A stretch of DNA of 64,000 nucleotides, from assembly GCF_035084215.1 (NCBI RefSeq), contig NC_090349.1:9052001-9116000 (forward strand), in the 5' to 3' direction. Position 1 is the first letter of the stretch. Each line of letters starts with the position of its first letter. The notes beneath the pieces are model-generated. The model was given only the letters and a program-made list of their open reading frames with translations, did not search any database and was not told the DNA's origin. The stretch is from Heptranchias perlo. Lineage: Eukaryota. The position numbers and the translations under genes were made by a program. Shown here in pieces: positions 52,394 to 61,800 of this stretch.

Positions 52394-52470
52394 ATTGGCG
52401 TCAAGGTGCAGACTGATTTGCATAAATAAGGAAAACGCGGTGACAGCCCTTCACACGGTTGATAAGCAGA
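52394..52470 (+). promoter_or_regulatory. IgL V promoter, cluster 2 (inverted CCAAT, canonical octamer/decamer TGATTTGCAT, GATAA)
   Basis: ATTGG at 52394 and ATTTGCAT at 52416-52423 (light-chain orientation), about 120 nt upstream of the ATG. Confidence 0.88.
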
Positions 52471-52542
52471 GTTCGAGAGGAAGTTTAGAACCCATTTCAT
52501 CTGCACATTGTCGCCGTGTCTGAACTTCCGTAAATTTTTACA

Positions 52543-52591
52543 ATGTCTTACTGGATCCGCATTGTCAGTACGCTGGTGTTTTGCGTAGTTT
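52543..52591 (+). CDS. IgL leader exon, cluster 2 (MSYWIRIVSTLVFCVV)
   Basis: 49-nt phase-1 exon with GTGAGT donor. Hydrophobic signal peptide. Confidence 0.93.
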
Positions 52592-52727
52592 GTGAGTAAT
52601 TTGGTTTCAATGCCTGATTAGATTTCACCTTGATGAATATTTGCTGTGAGGTTTCGTACCCCATTTTCATTACAAATGATTGCTCTCATTGTCCTGCCTC
52701 TTTTCTAATAATTCTCCTTATTTTCAG

Positions 52728-53072
52728 ATTTAAACGCGCAAGTTACAGTAAACCAGCCTCGTTCGATGTCAACTTCTCCGGGAAACAACGTCCAAATCAG
52801 TTGTACAATGTCTGGTGCCAATTTAGGAAGCGGTGCTGTCTCCTGGTACCAGCAGATTCCGGGGAATACGCCCAGGCTTCTGGTCTACTATTGGTCCGGC
52901 AGCAGCATTTACAGGGGCCCGGGTATTTCAGAACGGTTCTCCGGCTCCGTATCAGGCAACACGGGAATATTTACAATGTCTAATGCACAATCTGAGGACG
53001 CTGCGGACTATTACTGTGCTATGTGGTCTAACGGTATATTCTTCGGGAAAGAAACACGACTGTGTGTTGGCA
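52728..53072 (+). CDS. Germline-joined IgL lambda-type VJ exon, cluster 2 (in frame)
   Basis: (Y)[121 protein letters not shown] acceptor and GTAAGT donor, no RSS. Confidence 0.95.
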
Positions 53073-55357
53073 GTAAGTAAAAGCCTTTCATTTGTACAGT
53101 TCTGTTTTTGTTTACTTTGGAACAAAACAATAAGCTGCATGATGTATATTATTGGCTCGATTTAATTCCATTTAAAAGTGACATTTTCGAATGAATCATA
53201 TTTTTAACGGGCCTCCCCGGGACCTCAATTGGAAGTAACACTGCCTAAATGGAGAACTAAACGGTACAGTTTTAGAAGGTTTCCACCTGTTATTACTTCA
53301 GGTTGCATCTGCGCTGAATTAACTTATCACAAACCAAGATAAGAATTGGACTCCACATCGCCGAATTAGGCTGTGGGAAAGATCGTTCAAGTTAGTCGCT
53401 CTTGATCGCTTCCTAGTGACTCAGTTGGAAGGTGCGTTGTGTGCATCTCCGCCGATGATAGAATCGAGCTGCGTATGATGCCCTGTCACAAATCCGACTG
53501 ACAGTCACTGTGTAAGCTCACAGGAGAAGTACAGGAGAGTGACTGGCGTCCGTGCAAACACAGTCCAGTGGAGGTCAGCTTTGTTTAGGAGAAGAATGCA
53601 AATTAGAAGGAGACAAATTCTACAAAGTATCTTAAATTCAGGCTCCAATATAATACTCTGGAAATTTCCTAAAGGCAGTTTGATTTGAACTAATTTCTGT
53701 TGCCCTGAACTGCTTTAGCATTGATTTGAAAGGACTAATATTAATCATAATCAAAAGACTGGAATTTCTATAATACTTTATGAAAATTTATTTTATATTC
53801 CTGAAATAGTAATGCGTGTCATTACCGACAATTTAAGTGGAGACAATTAGCAAACAGAGGTTTCCTCTCGCTTTGGGTTAGCTACATTATAACCCGTTCA
53901 TGTCCAGCGCTCTTACATTTGCCCTTTTATAGCCAGAAGATTAAAGTTTCCTACAACGTTTACGACGTGATTAATACATGCAGTTTGGAAGATATAGCCT
54001 TTCCACCAATTAAAATTATTTTAGCTGAAATTCTCCTATCGTTGAGTAAAATAATTGGGATGGGGGAAATTATGCTGGTCCCTATTTTTAGCGGGATCAT
54101 GCGAAATAGTAAACACTTGCTAAAAAAAAATACCACCCAGAGGAAATGACTGAATGAATGAACCAACGGACGCCGTTCGGCTGCGGCTATGTCAGAGCAA
54201 TCCATGTCCGCGTTCAACTGGCACTGTGCGTTAAACTGGTGGAGACGACTTTCATGTTCAGCATTGCTTATTCAGATATTTAAAGGGGAGTAACCACTTT
54301 AGTTTAAAAAGCTTAATGCCTTTGTTAAAATACAGAAGAATTTCATACCAATGTTTTAGCGCGTTGATATTCTAATCTTTCAGAGACAAATTTTACTCTG
54401 AATGCCGTTTTAAACCAAACGTGGGCGGCGAACAAAAGATGGTGCCGGGCAAACAGTAAATCCCGATTTATTGTCGTTGAATTCCCCCACGCTTATGATT
54501 CTGTACTTTTTACAGTTTCATATACCAGTTTTCAAATTTCTCCCCGGTCTTCCTTAAATCTATTTGGAGATCTGTAGTATACTTGAATAACGAGACAGAT
54601 CCCTTCCTCGCCTTCATCTCTATCCAATAACATTGATAATCGCTGTCTGCTTAATATGGATTTTGAAATGTATGTTTCATTTCTTAAAATCGCGTTGCTT
54701 TTGGGGTATGATGTGAGATAATAACGCGGGCTCGCACTCACAGTGTATGGAATGTGGGTATACTATAGTGAAAAAAATGTGGAATGCATCATGGGGTCAG
54801 CGCAAAGAAACATGGACAAGTTTCAACTTAATGCAACAAAACAACCGTAAAAATGTAAAATCCTATCAGTAAAATTAAAGTGTGTGTTTAATATGAGTTC
54901 AGCACCAACCTTTATTAAAATTCGTTTATATTCTGCTTGAAGTATTTCAATAGAAAGGCTGGATTTATCGGCCCAAAAGCGGCATATAGACAAAAGTTAC
55001 TTGTAAAGGCAAGATTCACAGGTCCATTGCAGAATTCTGATCCAAACTGTTAGTTGTTTCAATGCACAGAGTAGTAATTCGAGAAAGCAGATAATACAAA
55101 CATGATTATAAATGCGTTTACGCTGCAAATTTAGTGTCGGCGCGAAGTGATTTCTGCTTGCCAATGACAAAAGCAGTTAGATTTTAAAGCGGCTTGAATT
55201 TTGTATCCGTATTACGTTGGCTCTATACCTGTACACTCCGGACATAGACTTTGTCCTTATATTCATCCAATACATAAATCATATTTTGGTCTCTCCTTTT
55301 GCTGATTTAACAACGGAACCATGTGAACGCATTACAATAAGATTTAAGTAGGGTCAA

Positions 55358-55543
55358 TGGGGTTGGTCTTGACCTTGTGTGACAATGTAAAAGAGGTGAT
55401 AACGAGTCGGCAGCCGGAATTGCAACTCTCCACATTTTTTTGAAATTCAAGTCAATGGAAATAAAATTCGGGAGAGATGTAAAACGGGGTGCCGACTCGC
55501 TTTCACCCGATTTACTCTAATGCACAAAGTCAAGATCTAACGC
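55358..55543. mobile_element. Palindromic MITE in the cluster 2 J-C intron
   Basis: GGTCTTGACCTTGTG ... CACAAAGTCAAGATC, with inner arms CGAGTCGGCA / TGCCGACTCG. Confidence 0.82.
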
Positions 55544-55763
55544 AGTATATTTAATGAAAATTATTGACCAGTCTGCTGGAGCTGGTAAATGCTTAAAGTG
55601 CCCATAGTATGGCTGTAGTATTTAAACTAAGTATAAAGCAAAGGGATCTATTATTATATTGAATGCATTGATGGAATACGAAATATACTATTTTGATATA
55701 TCTAACGCTTCAACCGAAGCAATTCCACAACGCTACTAAACCTTGGTCTTGTTTTTAAAATAG

Positions 55764-56086
55764 GTCCACAGGAACCATCGGTCTCCGTCCTTCCGCCTTC
55801 ATCGGACGAAATCACAACAAAGAACATGGCGACCCTGGTGTGTTTGGTAAACCGTTTTAAGCCGGGTGCTGTGGAGATTGAATGGACTGTGGATGGCAGT
55901 GTCAGAGGGAATGGTGTTGAGACAAGTCGGATCCAACAGGAGACGGACAACACGTTTAGTGTGAGCAGTTATCTGACCCTGTCAGCCTCAGAGTGGAACT
56001 CACACGAGCTTTACTCCTGTGTCGTTAAACATGAGACTCAGGCAAGCCCGCTTCAAACAAGTATCGCGAGATCCAGCTGTATCTGA
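55764..56086 (+). CDS. IgL lambda-type (chondrichthyan type II) constant exon, cluster 2
   Basis: (S)PQEPSVSVLPPSSDEITTKNMATLVCLVNRFKPGAVEIEWTVDGSVRGNGVETSRIQQETDNTFSVSSYLTLSASEWNSHELYSCVVKHETQASPLQTSIARSSCI*. Both domain Cys, the Trp and the penultimate inter-chain Cys are present. L+VJ+C = 717 nt (238 aa + stop). Isotype assigned from recalled similarity to shark type II chains. Confidence 0.95.
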
Positions 56087-56386
56087 TTTCACAAACTGTA
56101 CTTGACCGAGCTGAGAAAGATTGTTTATTCCCATTGAATTCTTTCATGTAACAAAAAGGGTAGAAATTTATTCCATTTCGGAGGTTTAAGAAAAATAGCC
56201 ATTGCGGTTCGAACTTTGCCTTTTCAGATCTGATAATTTTAAATACTCCTCCATCAAAAATTGTCAGTGTTAACTGAAAGCACAATTTATGTTATAATAT
56301 CCAGTAAACATGCATTAAAAGGCAACAATATGACTATTGTATCCTAAGTATTTGCTTACTGCTAATCTATTCTAATATAGCTATTG

Positions 56387-56392
56387 AATAAA
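56387..56392 (+). terminator. Polyadenylation signal, cluster 2
   Basis: AATAAA about 300 nt after the stop, followed by a GT/T-rich stretch. Confidence 0.75.
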
Positions 56393-56654
56393 ATCATTGA
56401 TGCAATACGGTTTTTGGTGTCTTTTATTTCTGATGCAAAAGAAGTCAAATCTATGGTGAAAGTATTTTAGACTTTATTGTTTTTTGTGTCATTAAAGCTC
56501 ACGTAATAAAGTGTGCAAAGTTATCTAAAACAAAGCAGTGTGTGACCGATGTGTCGATACTGCGGTAGACATGCACACTGGCGCGCCCATGGGCGAGTTC
56601 ACACTCACACAGGTTAACTTGAGGGCTTATTGATGTCGGTTCAATATGTCCAGT

Positions 56655-58850
56655 CGTATTTCCCAACTCATAGCGGGTGAAATTGGTCTTGGGTAAATGC
56701 GCAAAATGGGCAAAAGCAAATTGGCAGTCCGTTTTACACTGCAGCCCGATTCTCTTTTTCACTGACTTTAAGAGACCAATTTCACCCCCATGATTTAACT
56801 TAATGGGGTAGATTTTCATCTTTCCGCCCTCAATAAAGCAGTAGATCAGCCGCAGGTTTTGGAGCGCTCGATTTTCATTTCCACTGAAATCAATGGGATG
56901 AAATCCGGCGGTGTCTCGAACTGGCAACGATCTACAACTCTCTCAGGGCAAGTTGAAACTATACCTGGTAGCGTTCACTAATATCCAAATAAGTATAGAC
57001 AAAGTCAACAACAACTTGCATTTATGTAACGCTTTTAACGTAATGTCGGCGTCACAAGGAAGCCACGGAAGGAAATATTGGGGCAGAAATTCGCGTGGGC
57101 CTGTTTTCGAGCCTCCCGAAATTAGGCCTCGGGCATTATCTACAACTTCGGGCGAGATGCCTCCCGATCGCGGAACCACAGACAACTCACTGGAGGAGAG
57201 TAATTAATTTCGTAGATTCCCAGAGGGACTAGCATTGATGAACAGGGCGCGGTGGGTGGAGGCGGTTCGCCAGGACTGTGGACTCAGGGGAAGCACTCCT
57301 GCTTATCCTGGCTACACAGAGTATATTTTAAACTTTCCTTTAGTTGGCCGCCGCAGGGGCAACTGAAGAATCCTGAGCTGAGCATGCTGGATCGCTGCTT
57401 CCCTCATCAGGAATACATTTTGTAGAGGGGTCCTTCAACAGGTGTTAGGCCCGTCATTCATATATTTAAGGTCACAAAAGTTGTGCCAAATATTTAGCAG
57501 AGAGACCACGCCTGCACAGCTTGGGCGTAGTCTGTCACTGCTAAATTGGTATGCCTTGCGCCCATATTTCGCCCGGAACGCAGGCGCAAGACATACCAAT
57601 TCCTACCCCGTTAGGAGTGGTGACCAAAATCTTGGCCAGAAATGGGTTTTAAGGAGGGTCTTTAAAAAGTGGCAGGTGGAGAGGCTAAGGGGGCGAATTC
57701 CAGACCAAAGGGCCTAGATGGCTGAAGGCACAGCTCCCATTACTGGAAGGAAGGGAATGGAGGATGTAGAAGGTACCGGTTGGAGACTTGCAGATTGCTC
57801 GGAGTGTTATAGGGTTGGAAGAGTTTATAAAGATATAGCGAGGTGAGGCCATGAAGGGATTTAAACATGTGGATAAGAATTTTAAAATTGAGGCATTCGG
57901 TGACCACGCGCCAATCTAGGTCAGTGAGCACATCTTAATGGTTGAGCGGAACTTAATGCAGAGTTTTGGATGAGCTGAGGAATATGGAGCGTCGAGGATG
58001 TGCGTTCGGCCAGGAGAGCTTTGAAATAGTCGAGTCTGCAGGTGAAAAAGACATGGATGGTGATTTCAGCAGCAGATGGGCCGAGGGAGGGGCGGAGGCG
58101 GGTTATTTTACAGAGGTAGAGGCGGAGGCCTTTGTGATGTGAAGGATATTTGGTTGAAAGCTCAGCTCCAATTCAAATAGGATGCCGAAGTTACAAACAG
58201 TCTGGTTCAACCTGAGACCAGGGAGAGGTGGAAGCGGTTGGGAGCATAAAGATTTTGTGGTGGAACTGAACACAATGCATTTGGGCTTGGCATCTGGAGT
58301 AAATTGTGGCTCATCCAGAACTGGATTCAACAATGAGTAAGACAATGCAGAGCAATTGCAGGGGTTGAGCTTGTTGCTGGAGAGTTAGAGCAGTATAGAT
58401 GTGGAATCTTCAGATAATGTCGCAAAGAAATATTATGTCGATGAGGAAGAGGAGGGGCCCAAAAGCAGATCCTTGGGGGGCTCCAGGGATGGGTAGGGAA
58501 GGGAAGAGAATCCATTGCTGGAGATATTCTGGCTGTGATTGGATAGGTATCAGTGGAACCAAGCGAAGGTAGTCCCACCGAGGTGAACAACAAAGGAGAG
58601 GCATTGGAGGAGGATAGCGTGGTCAACCATGTCAAAGGCTGCAGAAAGGTCGAGAAGAACAAGTAGGAATTCTGAACCATGGTCACATTCAAAGAGGATG
58701 TCATTTGTAACTTTGGTTAGGGTTACTTTAGTGTTGTGGTTGGTGTGGAAATCTAATTGTAGAGATTCAAATGCAGAGTTGCAAAAAGTACGGGCAGGGA
58801 TTTGAGAGGTGACAACATGTTCAAGTACTTCGGAGTGGAAAGGATAGTTG
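56655..58850 (+). repeat. Diverged tandem copy (unit A) of the MITE + L2 block repeated at 58851-60960 and 33340-35470
   Basis: Shared GTATTTCCCAACTCATAG start and colinear content. Contains a minus-strand L2 (LTKVTNDIL, LLDLSAAFDMVDH). Confidence 0.85.
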
Positions 58851-61800
58851 TTGTCGGTATTTCCCAACTCATAGGGGGTGAAATCTTTTGGGCGAAAGCG
58901 CAAAATGTACGATAGCAAATTTTACCATGCAGCCCGCTTCTCTTTTTCATTGACTTTAAGAGACCAATTTCACCCAAATAGTTTAACTTAATGGGGTAGA
59001 TTTTCATCTTTCCGCCCTCGGTAAAGCAGTCGATCAGCCGCAGGTTCTGGAGCCGCTTGATTTTCATTTCCACTGAGATCAATGTGACTAAATCGGGCGG
59101 TGTTTAGAACTGGCAACGATCTACAACTCTCCAAGGACAAGTTGAAACTATACCTGGTAGTGTTCACTAATGTCCAAATAAGTATAGACAAAGTCAACGA
59201 CAACTTGCATTTATGTAACGCTTTTAACGTAACGTAGGCGTCACAAGGAACCCAAGGAAGGAAATATTGGGATAGACATTAGTCTGGACCTGTTTTCGGG
59301 ACTCCCGAATTTGGGTCCCGGGCATTATCTACGTGTTCGGGGATGCCTCACCTATCGCGCATCCACAGGCAGCTCACTCCACGAGAGAAATTAATTTCGT
59401 AGATTCCCAGAGGGGCTTGCATTGGTCAATGGTGGGGGTTGGGGGCAGGGTCGCCAGGTCTGTGGATTCAGGGGAAGCAGCCCTGCTTATCCTGGCTACA
59501 GTTAGTTGGCCGCAGCAAGGACTGCTGAAGAACCCTGAGCTGAGTATGCCGAACACCTGCCCCGCTTATCGGAAACACATTTTGTAGAGGGATCCTCCAA
59601 CAGGCGGTTAGGCACCTTATTAACTTATTCAAAGGGTCGAACGCCTGTTAAAAAATGGAGCCAAAAATTTAGCAGTGGGATCAACGCCTGTTCAGCTTGG
59701 GCATAGTCTGTCACTGCTAAATTGGTAAGCTTTGTACCCACTTTACGTCCAGACAACAGGCGCAACGCATATCAATTTCTATCCCGTTAGGAGGGGTGAC
59801 CAGAAGCTTGGTCAGAAGTGGGATTTAAGGACGGTCTTAAAAAAGGAGAGACAGGTGGAGCGATTAAGAGAGTGAAATCCAGACGATAGGGCCTAAATGG
59901 CTGAAGGCACTGCTCCCATTAGTAGAAGGTGGGAATGGGTGATGCACAAAAGGCCCGGAGACTTGCAGAGTGCTCGGAGAGTTACAGGCCTGTCGGAGGT
60001 TATAGAGATACCAAGAGAACAGGCCATGAAGGGATTTATGTGGGCGAGAATTTTAAATTTGAGGTATCCGGTGACCAGAGAGTGAGCACTGGCGTAATGG
60101 GTGAACGGAACTTAATGCAGAGTTTTCGATGGACTGAAGTTTATGGAGGTGGAGGGTGTGCGGCTGAGCAGAAAAGTATTGAAATAGTCGAGTCTGCAGG
60201 TGACGAAGACATGGATGAGCGCTCCAGCAGCAGACAGGCTGAGGCAGGGGTGGAAGTGGGTGGTTTTATAGATGTAGAGGCAGCTGTCTTTGTGATGGAG
60301 AGAATATGTGATTAGAAGCTAAGCTCCAATTAACAAGTTCGCTGAAGTTGCACACAAGCTGGTTGAACCTGAGACCAGGGAGAGATGGAATCGGTTGGGA
60401 GCGTACAGATTTTGTGGTAGGGGCTGAAGACAACGGATTTGGGCTTGCCGTTGTTTAACTGGAGGAAATTGTGACTCATGCAGGAGTGGATTAAAACCTG
60501 CAGTCTGACGATGCAGAGCCAGCGCAAGTGTTGAGATGGGTGCTAGCGAGTTGGAGCAGGGTGCAACTAGTGTACATGTGGAACCTGAATCCATGTCTTC
60601 AGCTAATGTCACCAAGCTGCAGCATGTCGATGAGGAAGAGGAGGGCACCAAATACAAATCCTTGGGGGCCTCCAGCGGTAGGATGGGAGTTAGAAGAGAA
60701 TCCATTGCTGGAGATGTTCTGGCTATGATTGGAAAGATAACAGCGGAACCAAGGGAAGGCAGTCCCACCTCGGTGAAAATCTTAGGAGAGGCATTGGAGG
60801 AGGATGGCGTGGTCAACCGTGTCAAAGGATGCTGAGAGGTCGAGAAGAATGAGTAGGTTTTCTGAACCACGGTTACAGTCAAAGAGGATGTCATTTATGG
60901 CTTTGATTAGGGTATTATAGTGTCGTGGCTGGGGTGGAAATCTGAATGCAGAGGTAGATTGTAGTGCTTGAGGAGAGATAACCATTAACAATGTTAGCTA
61001 GCGTGGGACTTGAATGGGAGTTGGGTGGTCAGCAGTTTAGTAAGAATGTGCGAAGGGAGCAGAATATAGGTCTCATGGGCAAGGTGAGCTTGGAGAAGTA
61101 ATGAGGGGAAACAGAAGAGAGAATAGAGGAAGATATGATTTCAGGGCTAGGACAGAGGGGAAGGTGAAAGCAGTAGAGACAGCTGAACGGATGGCTTAAA
61201 TGTTAATGACAAAGAAGTCCATGAGCTCCTCACACTCGTCAAAGGCAAGGAATATGTTTATTTGAACGAAGTCGCAGAAACAATTACTCAGGGGTCTGAT
61301 AAGCTGAATCTGAGGATTCTTGAGGAAATAAGGGAGGAAATTGCAGAAAGTCCAGCACAAATCCTCCAGAAATCACTGAATAGTGGAACGGTGCCTGGGG
61401 ACTGGAGAAAGGCAGATGTTTTGAAGAAGTTAGAAAATGTGACAAAGGGAACTGCAGGCCAATGAGTTGGATGCCCATTGTGGGCAAAGTTATAAAAACC
61501 CTTATTAAACATACGATCATGGAGCATCTGGATAGAACTAAAATGATAGAAGGTAGCCAATATGGCTTCATGGAGTGGAGGTGTTAACAATCTATTACTG
61601 TTTTTCTTTGAGGGTGTGATAAAGGAGCTTGATAGGGCTAAGGCAGTCGACGTAGTGTACTTGGATTTCAGTACGGCCTTTCATACAGCTTCTCTGAAAA
61701 TAAAGAATGCAGGAATCAGTGGAAATATTTTACAATGGATACGTATTTGGTAGATCGATAAATCCCGGATGGCGGTAGTACAGGGACTGTGTTACCAGTG

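Noticed and set aside
53660-53669. NF-kB-like GGAAATTTCC in the J-C intron
   Set aside because: Single motif, degenerate at the equivalent site in cluster 1, and similar to MITE termini.
55770-55771. Alternative C acceptor CCACAG
   Set aside because: Out of frame with the phase-1 J donor. The upstream TAG (55761-55763) gives the correct frame.
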